From: Betaproteobacteria bacterium TMED82
GTDB lineage: Bacteria > Pseudomonadota > Gammaproteobacteria > Burkholderiales > Burkholderiaceae_A
DNA: 64,000 bases
Assembly: GCA_002170395.1 (NCBI GenBank)
Contig: NHEJ01000007.1
Coordinates: forward strand, 215,441-279,440
Direction of reading: 5' to 3'
Position numbers and translations under genes: made by a program
The notes under the pieces: model-generated
Told to the model about the DNA's origin: nothing
Seen by the model: the letters and a program-made list of their open reading frames with translations, nothing else
Database searches by the model: none
Part shown: positions 27,267 through 35,854 of the stretch, in pieces
How positions within the stretch are numbered: position 1 is the first letter of the stretch
Layout: each line of letters opens with the position of its first letter

Positions 27267-28946
27267 CTACACTTTTTTCCACTTATCTTTCAACGATACA
27301 ATTCTTCCAAAACATAAAGATTCCCCAAACTCTTTCTGGGATAATCTTTTAAAATACCCGTGACGCTCAAATTGAAATTGATCTTTCATACATGCATTTG
27401 ACAATTCAGGTTCGGCCAAAGAATCAACCTTTCTCAAAGACTTTTCGTTAAAAAATGCGTTCTCTTTCTCGATACTTTCTCTCGAACTCTCTTCTAAAAG
27501 CAACCTATCAAACAATAAAAGTTTTAGGGGTATAGCATCTTTTTCGCTGAGCCAATGGATATTTCCTTTAACTTTAAACCTATCAGCTCCTGCTGATCCA
27601 CTTTTTGATTCTTTAAATATTTTAGCCTTCACTAATATGACATTACCATCATCATCTAATTCATATCCTGTACATTCGATTACAAAAGCGTATCTTAATC
27701 TTACCCTTTTCCCTGGACTAAGCCTGAAGAATCCTTTAGGTGGATTTAGACAGAAGTCGTCTCTATCAATTACAAGCTCTTTCCGGAATAAAATTTCCCG
27801 GTATTTATTTTCACCCCTCTTTGGGTAATTCGGTGCAAAGCACTTTTCCACAAAAATCGAATCGACGTTCTCAATTATAAGCTTCAATGGCCAAATGACT
27901 GCAATTCTTCTTTGTGTATTATCATTAAGGTGTTCTCTCATGCAATCTTCTAAAACTGAGAAATCTATCTTTGAATCAGCTTTTGTAACCCCAATAATAT
28001 TGCAAAAATTTCGTATACCTTTCGGAGGATAGCCTCTCTTTTTTGCTCCAGCAAGCGTAGGCATTCTCGGATCATCCCACCCTGTGACTAATCTAGAATT
28101 AACAAGCTCTCCAAGTCTTCTTTTTGATAGAATCACATTACTCAAACTTAACCTCGAAAATTCATATTGTTTTGGCAATAGTTGATTAGAAAAAAACCCA
28201 CACTCTTTTGTCTTTTCAAGTACCCAATTATACGCCGGCCTGTGGTCTTCAAACTCTAAAGTACATATTGAATGGCTTATTTTTTCAATAGCATCAGATA
28301 AAGGATGAGCGAAATCGTACAGTGGATATATGCACCAGTTATTTCCTTGTCTGTGATGCTCAACGTGTCTTATTCTGTAAATTACTGGGTCCCTCATGTT
28401 GATGTTAGCTGAGGCCATATCTATTTTGGCTCTTAATACTAATTCTCCGTTAGCAAAACGTCCATTTCTCATCAACTCAAATAATTCCAAATTTTCGTGG
28501 TTATCCCTATTCCTAAAGGGGGAATCTTTTCCCGGTGTAGTTAGGGTTCCTCTATTTAAGCGAATTTCCTCGGAGTTTTGTGAATCAACATAAGCAAAAC
28601 CACTCTTTATTAGTCCAACAGCAAACTTATAAAATTGTTCAAAATAGTCACTAGCAAAGTAAAGATGTTCGCCCCAATCAAAACCTAACCATTTTACAGA
28701 TTCTTTAATCTCAGCTACATACTCATCAGTTTCTTTTTCAGGATTGGTATCGTCCAACCTTAGGTGACACCTGCCGCCATATTTTTCGGCTAATCCAAAG
28801 TTTAAACAAATGGATTTAGCATGACCAAAGTGAAGAAATCCGTTTGGTTCCGGCGGAAATCTAGTAGTAATTTCGTCTACAAATCCGCTGGATACATCTT
28901 TTTCAATAATTTGCTCGATAAAATTTAGGGGCTTTTTATTGATCAG
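27267..28946 (-). CDS. glnS: Glutamine--tRNA ligase. The track ORF is truncated. The true N-terminus extends upstream and has no canonical start codon.
   Basis: The upstream in-frame translation (V)LINKKPLNFIEQIIEKDVSSGFVDEITTRFPPEPNGFLHFGHAKSICLNFGLAEKYGGRCHLRLDDTNP contains the HIGH motif and parallels the E. coli GlnRS N-terminus. The track start at 28757 is an internal TTG Leu. Only CTG at 28946 or ATC at 28943 follow the in-frame TGA at 28950-28952. Confidence 0.9.
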   Translation of the reverse strand: MINKKPLNFIEQIIEKDVSSGFVDEITTRFPPEPNGFLHFGHAKSICLNFGLAEKYGGRCHLRLDDTNPEKETDEYVAEIKESVKWLGFDWGEHLYFASDYFEQFYKFAVGLIKSGFAYVDSQNSEEIRLNRGTLTTPGKDSPFRNRDNHENLELFELMRNGRFANGELVLRAKIDMASANINMRDPVIYRIRHVEHHRQGNNWCIYPLYDFAHPLSDAIEKISHSICTLEFEDHRPAYNWVLEKTKECGFFSNQLLPKQYEFSRLSLSNVILSKRRLGELVNSRLVTGWDDPRMPTLAGAKKRGYPPKGIRNFCNIIGVTKADSKIDFSVLEDCMREHLNDNTQRRIAVIWPLKLIIENVDSIFVEKCFAPNYPKRGENKYREILFRKELVIDRDDFCLNPPKGFFRLSPGKRVRLRYAFVIECTGYELDDDGNVILVKAKIFKESKSGSAGADRFKVKGNIHWLSEKDAIPLKLLLFDRLLLEESSRESIEKENAFFNEKSLRKVDSLAEPELSNACMKDQFQFERHGYFKRLSQKEFGESLCFGRIVSLKDKWKKV

Positions 28947-29004
28947 AACTCACTCCAAATAAATAAAAGATACACTTGTAATGTAACAAATCTTAAGAGT
29001 TAAT

Positions 29005-31770
29005 ATGAGCGAATTTAAAGATAACGAGGTCGCAAAAGCAAATCATCTAGTATTGGTTGACACTTCTAGTTTTTTATATCGAGCTTTTCATGCCTTGCCT
29101 GATCTACGTAGCGATGTGGGTTTCCCAACGGGAGCTATAACTGGAATTGTAACTATGTTGAAAAAAGTAAGTTACCAAGCACCGGCAGACTTTTGCGTTT
29201 GTGTTTTTGACCCTGTAGGCAAAACATTTCGGGACGAAATTTTTTCTTCTTACAAAGCTAATCGAAGCAGTATGCCCAGTGATTTAGCGGTTCAAATACC
29301 AGTTATTTTCAATTTGATCCAAGCCTTGGGTTGGCCTATCATACAGAAGGATGGTTATGAGGCAGATGATGTTATCGGTAGTCTTGTAAGAAGTGCTGAA
29401 AGTGTTTCACTAGTCTCTACAATAATTTCTGGAGACAAAGATCTCGCGCAGTTGGTAAATTCTAAAACGAGGATGATTGACACCATGAGCAGAGGAAGCT
29501 CGGGTATTACAATAGTCGACGAAGCTGCTGTTATAAAAAAATATGGCGTACAACCCTCTGAAATGGTGGACTTTTTAACTCTGGTAGGCGATCCAGTAGA
29601 CAATATTCCAGGGGTTCCAAAAGTTGGACCAAAAACGGCGAGTCGTTTAATTTCTACATTTGGTTCTCTGACAAATATAATTGAAAACATAGATAAAATC
29701 CCCGGGGTGATTGGAGAGAATTTGCGGACTTCAAAGGACTGGTTGCCCATAGGTAAATCTCTCGTCTCTATCAAAACTGATTTAGATTTAGAAGTCTCTT
29801 CAAAAAAATGTTTCGATAAATTCAAAAAGCAAGAATTAAATTTGGATGTGTTACTTAAGCTTAAGGAAAAATATTCACTAAATAACGTTTTAAATAGCAT
29901 ATTTCAAGACTCAAAAAATGTTGCTGAAGAGTCAAAAACTAAATTTTCTTCCCCACCGATTGTGCCACTTATAGAGGCAAAGTATAAAACTATATGCACG
30001 GCAAAGGATTTTGAGTGGTTGTTGGTTAAAATAATGAATTCCGATGCAACCGCTTTCGATACAGAGACTACCTCATTAAATGTTAGACACGCAGAGCTTG
30101 TCGGATTGTCTTTCTCATGGGCAAGGGGAGAGGCTGCATATATTCCCTTGGGGCATAAAAATTCATCATTAAAGCAACTGAACCTTGAAAATGTTTTAAA
30201 AGGACTGACTAGTTGGTTTGAATTGAGCAGTGTGAAAATCGCGCATAATTTAAAATATGACCGCCACGTATTGGCAAATTACGGGGTTTCGCTAAAGGGT
30301 TCTCTTCACGATACGCTTTTGCAATCCTATATTCTCGAAGCTCATTTACGTCGCGATTTAGGGTCATTGGCTTCAAGACATTTAAATAGAGTGGGTACGT
30401 CATATGAGCAACTGGTGGGGAAGGGATCGAAGCAAATCTGTTTTAGCCAAGTGCCAATTGATTTGGCTGCAAATTATAGTTGCGAGGATTCCGACTTTAC
30501 CTTGCATTTGCACGAAAACTTGTTAGAAAAACTCACCCAGAAAAATTTATTGAAAGTTTATTCTGAGTTAGAAATTCCTTGTCTTTCCGTTTTATATGCT
30601 ATGGAGCGCCATGGCATTTGCGTGGACAAAAAGCTTTTAACATTACAAACTAAAGAGCTATCAAAAAAGATTTTAGAATTGGAAAAAGCTGCCCACGCTT
30701 TAGTTGGAGAAGACTTCAATTTGGGCTCTCCAAAACAGCTTCGAGCCATACTCTTTGAAAAATTTGGTTACAACTCTATAAAGAAAACTGCCAGTGGGGT
30801 ACCTTCTACGGACGAATCGGTACTTGAGAAGCTTGCTGAAGATTATCCATTACCGAAACTTCTTTTGGATTGGCGAACTTTTTCTAAACTAAAGACAACT
30901 TATACAGAAAAATTACCAAAGATGATTGATATTGATAGCGGTAGAGTTTATACAACTTTTTCGCAGGCTGTAGTAGTGACGGGAAGGCTTGCATCTAGCG
31001 ATCCGAATTTACAAAACATCCCAATTAAAACAGCTGAGGGTAGGAGAATACGTGCTGCGTTTAAAGCACCGACTTCAAGAAAAATTGTAGCAGTTGACTA
31101 TTCACAAATAGAGTTGAGGATAATGGCTCATCTTTCTGAAGATGTTGCATTAATTAGGGCATTTAAAAGTGGGAAAGATGTTCACAGTCAAACTGCTGCC
31201 GAAATTTTTGGTATAAAAACTGATGCCGTAAGCTATGATCAAAGAAGGACGGCGAAAGTAATTAACTTTGGATTAATTTATGGAATGAGTGCATTTGGAC
31301 TTGCAAAAAGTTTGAATATATCTAGGGGGGCTGCCGAGGGTTACATTGATAGATATTTTTCTAGATATCCTGATGTGGCAAAATTTATGTCAGATACGAA
31401 GGAGAAAGCAAAAAAGGATAGGTTTGTTGAAACAGTATTCGGCAGAAGGCTTTGGTTACCGGAGATTAATTCCCCAAATGGTCCGAGAAGAAAAGCAGCT
31501 GAGAGAGCTGCTATAAACGCTCCTATGCAAGGTACTGCAGCGGATTTGATAAAAATAGCGATGATTGAGGCGGATAAGTTGATTTCCAGTGAAAACTGGA
31601 GTGTTGACATGGTTCTCCAGGTTCATGATGAGCTAGTTTTTGAGGTTTCGGAAGCTGAGGTAGATGTTTTTTGTAGCAAGATAAGGAATCTTATGTGCTC
31701 GGTTACGCAGCTACGCGTTCCGTTGGAAGTGGATATTGGCGTAGGTAAAAATTGGGACGAGGCACATTAA
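29005..31770 (+). CDS. polA: DNA polymerase I
   Basis: 921 aa. It has a 5' nuclease domain, the 3'-5' exonuclease motif (FDTETTSL) and the polymerase motifs DYSQIELR, RRxAKxxNFGxxYG and QVHDE. Confidence 0.98.
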   Translation: MSEFKDNEVAKANHLVLVDTSSFLYRAFHALPDLRSDVGFPTGAITGIVTMLKKVSYQAPADFCVCVFDPVGKTFRDEIFSSYKANRSSMPSDLAVQIPVIFNLIQALGWPIIQKDGYEADDVIGSLVRSAESVSLVSTIISGDKDLAQLVNSKTRMIDTMSRGSSGITIVDEAAVIKKYGVQPSEMVDFLTLVGDPVDNIPGVPKVGPKTASRLISTFGSLTNIIENIDKIPGVIGENLRTSKDWLPIGKSLVSIKTDLDLEVSSKKCFDKFKKQELNLDVLLKLKEKYSLNNVLNSIFQDSKNVAEESKTKFSSPPIVPLIEAKYKTICTAKDFEWLLVKIMNSDATAFDTETTSLNVRHAELVGLSFSWARGEAAYIPLGHKNSSLKQLNLENVLKGLTSWFELSSVKIAHNLKYDRHVLANYGVSLKGSLHDTLLQSYILEAHLRRDLGSLASRHLNRVGTSYEQLVGKGSKQICFSQVPIDLAANYSCEDSDFTLHLHENLLEKLTQKNLLKVYSELEIPCLSVLYAMERHGICVDKKLLTLQTKELSKKILELEKAAHALVGEDFNLGSPKQLRAILFEKFGYNSIKKTASGVPSTDESVLEKLAEDYPLPKLLLDWRTFSKLKTTYTEKLPKMIDIDSGRVYTTFSQAVVVTGRLASSDPNLQNIPIKTAEGRRIRAAFKAPTSRKIVAVDYSQIELRIMAHLSEDVALIRAFKSGKDVHSQTAAEIFGIKTDAVSYDQRRTAKVINFGLIYGMSAFGLAKSLNISRGAAEGYIDRYFSRYPDVAKFMSDTKEKAKKDRFVETVFGRRLWLPEINSPNGPRRKAAERAAINAPMQGTAADLIKIAMIEADKLISSENWSVDMVLQVHDELVFEVSEAEVDVFCSKIRNLMCSVTQLRVPLEVDIGVGKNWDEAH

Positions 31771-31783
31771 ATTACGAAAATTT

Positions 31784-31855
31784 TGCCGTTGGAGGGAATT
31801 GAACCCCCGACCTCTCGCTTACGAAGCGACTGCTCTACCCCTGAGCTACAACGGC
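31784..31855 (-). tRNA. tRNA-Thr (anticodon CGU)
   Basis: The reverse complement reads GCCGUUGUAGCUCAGGGGUAGAGCAGUCGCUUCGUAAGCGAGAGGUCGGGGGUUCAAUUCCCUCCAACGGCA. It folds as a cloverleaf with a 7-bp acceptor stem, a GCUC/GAGC D stem, the anticodon loop UUCGUAA and the T loop UUCAAUU. It resembles E. coli tRNA-Thr(CGU). CCA is not encoded. Confidence 0.9.
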
Positions 31856-31867
31856 ACGATACTCGGT

Positions 31868-32806
31868 TTATGCCAAGCTTTTAGGCAATGGAAATCTTAC
31901 CTGTTCTTGAGCACCAGGTAAGCGTCTAACAGATGATGCACCAAGCTGTTTAACGGCGAACAGTAATTCTTGGACTAAAGATTCGGGAGCGGAAGCGCCT
32001 GCAGTAATACCAACTGTAGAGTGATCTTTTAACCAAGAGGCTTTAAGATCTTTGGCGCCATCGATTAAATAAGCTTCTGCTCCATACCTTTCAGCAACCT
32101 CGCGAAGTCGATTGCTGTTTGAGCTGGTAGGGCTTCCCACCACCAGAACTAAGTCAACTTCTGACGCAAGGAGCTTTACTGCGTCCTGTCTATTCTGAGT
32201 TGCATAGCAAATATCACTAACTTTCGGTCCCTTTATGTTGGGAAACCTTTCAGTCAAGGTCTTAATTATTTCTGCAGTGTCGTCCGTTGAGAGAGTAGTC
32301 TGGGTCACGTATGCCAAATGCTTCGGATTATTTACACATACTTTTAACGCCTGCTCAGAGTTCTCTACCAAGTAGATACCAGCATTCAGTTGCCCCATCG
32401 TTCCTTCAACTTCTGGATGTCCCAAATGGCCTATCATAATGATTTCATAGCCATCTCTTGCAAGTTTTTTTACCTCATAATGTACTTTAGTAACTAAGGG
32501 GCAGGTCGCATCGAAAATATCTAAAGAACGTTCTTCTGCTTCATTTTTTACCATTATCGAAACACCATGCGCACTCATTATTACTTTGGCGCCTTTAGGC
32601 ACATCTTTTATTTCATCAACGAATATTGCTCCCTTCTTCTTGAGGTCTGCAACCACATGATTGTTATGCACAATTTCATGTCTTACATAAACTGGTGAGC
32701 CAAATCGCTTCAGGGCTCGTTCGACTATTTCAATTGCACGTTCGACACCTGCGCAAAAGCCCCTTGGCTCGGCTAAGATTACTTCAACTTTTTTTTGTAG
32801 GGACAT
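31868..32806 (-). CDS. ispH: 4-hydroxy-3-methylbut-2-enyl diphosphate reductase
   Basis: 312 aa. [12 protein letters not shown], VHNxxVV and the three cluster Cys positions are typical of IspH/LytB. Confidence 0.95.
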   Translation of the reverse strand: MSLQKKVEVILAEPRGFCAGVERAIEIVERALKRFGSPVYVRHEIVHNNHVVADLKKKGAIFVDEIKDVPKGAKVIMSAHGVSIMVKNEAEERSLDIFDATCPLVTKVHYEVKKLARDGYEIIMIGHLGHPEVEGTMGQLNAGIYLVENSEQALKVCVNNPKHLAYVTQTTLSTDDTAEIIKTLTERFPNIKGPKVSDICYATQNRQDAVKLLASEVDLVLVVGSPTSSNSNRLREVAERYGAEAYLIDGAKDLKASWLKDHSTVGITAGASAPESLVQELLFAVKQLGASSVRRLPGAQEQVRFPLPKSLA

Positions 32807-32981
32807 TTTTTGCTAGCCATAATCGTATGTAAAAAGTTTATGTTGAAAATATACTAGGATTGTACTGCTAAAAGTGGTGTCCAGGCATGCTGAAATGAAC
32901 TTTTGTTATATTTCAGAGCCTAACAGTTGTCTTGAGCTTAAAGGTCTACTATAATTCAAGGCTTATTCAGGAAAGATATTT

Positions 32982-33212
32982 ATGTCAAAAGTTTGTCAGT
33001 TGACTGGGAAAAAACCAATGGTCGGAAACCGTGTTTCCCACGCTAATAATAAAAATAAGCGGAGATTTCTCCCAGGGCTTCAGTATAAAAGGTTTTGGGT
33101 TGAAAGTGAAAACCGTTGGGTAAGGTTTCGATTGTCAAATGCAGCTTTGCGTACTATTGATAAAAAAGGCATAGAAGCTGTTTTGTCTGAATTGAGAAGA
33201 AATAAGGGGTAA
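32982..33212 (+). CDS. rpmB: 50S ribosomal protein L28
   Basis: [34 protein letters not shown] is the canonical L28 N-terminus. Confidence 0.95.
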   Translation: MSKVCQLTGKKPMVGNRVSHANNKNKRRFLPGLQYKRFWVESENRWVRFRLSNAALRTIDKKGIEAVLSELRRNKG

Positions 33213-33221
33213 ATATTTAAA

Positions 33222-33392
33222 ATGGCTTCCAAAGGTGCTCGAGAAAAGATTAAGTTGGTGTCCTCTGCTGACACCGGGCATTACTACACCACCTCTAAGA
33301 ATAAGAGATCCATTGGTGGTAAGCTGGAAATCAAAAAGTTTGATCCAAAAATTAGAAAGCATGTGATGTACAAAGAGGCCAAGATCAAGTAG
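33222..33392 (+). CDS. rpmG: 50S ribosomal protein L33 (absent from the ORF track because it is 56 aa)
   Basis: Hand translation gives [56 protein letters not shown], nearly collinear with E. coli L33. The stop is TAG at 33390-33392. It lies 9 nt after rpmB. Confidence 0.95.
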   Translation: MASKGAREKIKLVSSADTGHYYTTSKNKRSIGGKLEIKKFDPKIRKHVMYKEAKIK

Positions 33393-33426
33393 TTTTTTTA
33401 ATTTAGTTGATGTGGAGGTTAACTAT

Positions 33427-33732
33427 ATGAACGAAAGTAGAAGAAGTGCCATGGTGAAGACCATTACAGTTTGCGGGTTTGGAATTGGTCTTTGTCAAAG
33501 TAAAGTAGCGTTGACTGATGGGCACGTTTTGTCTGAGTCAGACCCTCAGGCTAAAGCGCTAAATTACATCGCAAACAGCGGAAGTGTAACTCATGCAAAA
33601 TATAAAGCAGGGTCTAACTGCTCAAACTGCGCATTGTTTCAAGGCGCTGGAGGAGACATTGGTAATTGTCCGCTTTTCGGTGGAAAGAAGGTTGCGGCAA
33701 ATGGCTGGTGCACTGCCTGGGCTCCCAAATAA
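33427..33732 (+). CDS. High-potential iron-sulfur protein (HiPIP) with a twin-arginine signal
   Basis: An SRRSAM Tat motif is followed by a hydrophobic region. The C-terminal CSNCALF...GNCPLF...GWCTAW pattern is the HiPIP four-Cys pattern. ATG at 33427 is preferred because GGAGG lies 8 nt upstream. The track start at 33412 is a GTG inside that RBS. Confidence 0.85.
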   Translation: MNESRRSAMVKTITVCGFGIGLCQSKVALTDGHVLSESDPQAKALNYIANSGSVTHAKYKAGSNCSNCALFQGAGGDIGNCPLFGGKKVAANGWCTAWAPK

Positions 33733-33803
33733 ATTTTTCAAAAAATTTATACTAAGTTTCCCGACTGTGACATCGTTGAGATTCTAGCTAGGGCGCTTCG
33801 GAC

Positions 33804-34811
33804 TTGATAAATCCGAAGGTTTGTGTTGTGGGTTCAGGCGCCGTGGGTTCGGTTGTAGCTGCTCGTTTATCTAGCGTTTCAAGCAATGTGCACCTTGTAT
33901 CTCGCAAAGGTGGTGGTGAACACTTGATCAAAAATGGTCTCACCTTAGTTAGTAGCAGAGGTGACTATTATGCAGAAAATTTATCTATTGTTGATGATAC
34001 TGGGGGCCTTGGGCCTCAGGACATTGTTATATTAGCTGTAAAAGCGCACCAAGTGCTCGACACAGTCGAATCTCTCTTCCCATTAATCGGATCTTCGACT
34101 TCGCTGGTGACAATGCAAAATGGTATTCCTTTTTGGTATTTCTACGGGTTAAGAAAAAAATTTGGGTTTGAGTATTTAGAATCGGTTGATCCCGCAGGCA
34201 AAATATATGTAAAGATTAGCCACCTCAATATAATCGGGGCGGTACTATACTTAGCTGCTGAGATGGAAAGTCCTTGTAAGGTGCGGTTACTGGAGGATAG
34301 CTTGTTACCACTTGGTGAAATTCGAGGTAATTTTAAAACAACGCGTGTAGTGAATATTTGCGATCTCTTCAAAAATTCAGGATTCAATTGTCAGATTTCT
34401 CAAAACATTAGAGATGAGGTTTGGCTAAAACTGTGGGGTAATTGTACTTTTAATCCTGTGTCTGTGTTAACTTCTCAGACTTTGGCGGAAATTTGTAATT
34501 CTACTGAGGGTAACTTGCTCATAAATGTTCTTATGAATGAAGTGAAAAAAGTTGGAGAACAGTATGGAGCTAAATTCAAGATTACTGTGGCGCAAAAAAT
34601 AGAGGCAGCAAAAAAAGTTGGACATCATAACACCTCCACGTTACAGGACATCAGGAATAAAAAGAAGACCGAAATTGATGCTCTGTTAGGTAGCATTATT
34701 GAGCTTGCTAGTATTGCCGACGTACCGGTCAGTAATTTGCGGACTATTTATACCTGTTGTAGATTACTTGAAGAAAAAGTTCTCAAACTTAACAAATCTG
34801 AGAATGTATGA
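33804..34811 (+). CDS. panE: 2-dehydropantoate 2-reductase (ApbA/PanE family)
   Basis: It has the N-terminal Rossmann motif VCVVGSGAVGS and the Lys/Glu catalytic region (WLKLWGNCTFNP; STLQDI). The start codon is TTG. Confidence 0.8.
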   Translation: MINPKVCVVGSGAVGSVVAARLSSVSSNVHLVSRKGGGEHLIKNGLTLVSSRGDYYAENLSIVDDTGGLGPQDIVILAVKAHQVLDTVESLFPLIGSSTSLVTMQNGIPFWYFYGLRKKFGFEYLESVDPAGKIYVKISHLNIIGAVLYLAAEMESPCKVRLLEDSLLPLGEIRGNFKTTRVVNICDLFKNSGFNCQISQNIRDEVWLKLWGNCTFNPVSVLTSQTLAEICNSTEGNLLINVLMNEVKKVGEQYGAKFKITVAQKIEAAKKVGHHNTSTLQDIRNKKKTEIDALLGSIIELASIADVPVSNLRTIYTCCRLLEEKVLKLNKSENV

Positions 34812-34826
34812 CGCTTATCATCGTGG

Positions 34827-35813
34827 TTATTTTTTATGTTTTATTGAAGAGATAGCAGCAGCAGCTACTAGCACTAGTCCTATGGTGCCAGTAATAATTT
34901 CTGGTATATGTAATTGTACGCTGGCAATCATAATTATTGCTAACGCACCGATGGCATAGTGAGCGCCGTGCTCAAGAAAAATTAGTTCATTGAGAGTTTT
35001 CTTTTTAACCAAGTATATAGTTATCGATCTGACTGCCATTGCCCCTGCACCTAGCCCCAACATTATGATCACTATATCTTTAGTAATTGCAAAAGCGCCT
35101 ACTACGGCATCAATGGAAAATGACGCATCTAAAACTTCCAGATAGATAAAACCGCCGATACTTCCTTTTTTAATTGCTTCTGCAGCGTCGAGTCCTTTCT
35201 TTTCCAGCGCTTGACTTAATACGCTAATTGCTAAGTAGGTTAATAGTCCCACAATACCAAAATTTAAAATACTAGTTCTCTCTTCAGAGTCGAGGTTAGA
35301 AGTTACCAATGTAAGAAGTGTTAATGTTATCAGCACCGGAAAACCCTGGAATTTCCCCAACTGCTCCATTGGGCGTTCGATGAATGGTATCCATAAAACT
35401 TCTTTTTTTGAAGTCATGAAAAAGTTTAAAAAAATCAAAAGGAGAAAAATTCCCCCAAACGCTGAAATTTGTGCATGATGTTCCATCAATATTACGGAAT
35501 ATTCAGTTGGTTTTTGGATTGCTAAATTCCACGTTTCTACTAAACTTAAGTTAGTAGTAAAACCCACAATTACCAAGGGGAAAAGTAAGCGCATTCCGAA
35601 AACAGCAACCAGAATTCCCAGAGTTAAAAAAAGCATTTGCCAAAATTTATCCCAATGTTTCAAAACGGAAGCATTAACAACAGCATTATCAAAGGACAAA
35701 GAAATCTCTAGTATTAACAGAATGAGAAATACCCAAAGAGCTTGAAACATGCCTGCTCGTCCATCCAATTGTAAACCCCACCAAGCCGAAATAAATGCAC
35801 ACAAGATGCACAC
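34827..35813 (-). CDS. DUF475/TerC-related integral membrane protein
   Basis: It is polytopic and has two repeats of the SxDN-like motif (LSFDNAVVNA; ASFSIDAVVGAFA) characteristic of the TerC/DUF475 superfamily. Confidence 0.6.
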   Translation of the reverse strand: MCILCAFISAWWGLQLDGRAGMFQALWVFLILLILEISLSFDNAVVNASVLKHWDKFWQMLFLTLGILVAVFGMRLLFPLVIVGFTTNLSLVETWNLAIQKPTEYSVILMEHHAQISAFGGIFLLLIFLNFFMTSKKEVLWIPFIERPMEQLGKFQGFPVLITLTLLTLVTSNLDSEERTSILNFGIVGLLTYLAISVLSQALEKKGLDAAEAIKKGSIGGFIYLEVLDASFSIDAVVGAFAITKDIVIIMLGLGAGAMAVRSITIYLVKKKTLNELIFLEHGAHYAIGALAIIMIASVQLHIPEIITGTIGLVLVAAAAISSIKHKK

Positions 35814-35854
35814 AAATAATGTTCCAGAAAAATATTCAAGTATGGTTCTAATAA

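Noticed and set aside
27267-28757. The track start (MDDTNPEKE) for the GlnRS gene.
   Set aside because: The M is an internal TTG (Leu of RLDDTNP). The HIGH-motif region is encoded in frame upstream, so the gene was extended to 28946.
31771-31867. tRNA-Thr as a possible integration hotspot or genomic-island boundary.
   Set aside because: There is no integrase, no direct repeat of the tRNA 3' end and no compositional break on either side. Housekeeping polA and ispH flank it tightly.
32900-32926. The inverted repeat CTGAAAT-(13 nt)-ATTTCAG upstream of rpmB, as a possible ribosomal-protein leader.
   Set aside because: It is a short AT-rich stem with a large loop, so predicted stability is low. 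I know of no L28 autoregulatory leader that it resembles.
33796-33829. The hairpin CTTCGGA-(9 nt)-TCCGAAG followed by GTTTGTGTTGTG, after the HiPIP gene.
   Set aside because: It could be a weak terminator, but the loop contains the panE TTG start codon and the stem is only 7 bp. It is ambiguous between a terminator, a translational control element and chance, so it is not listed as a feature.
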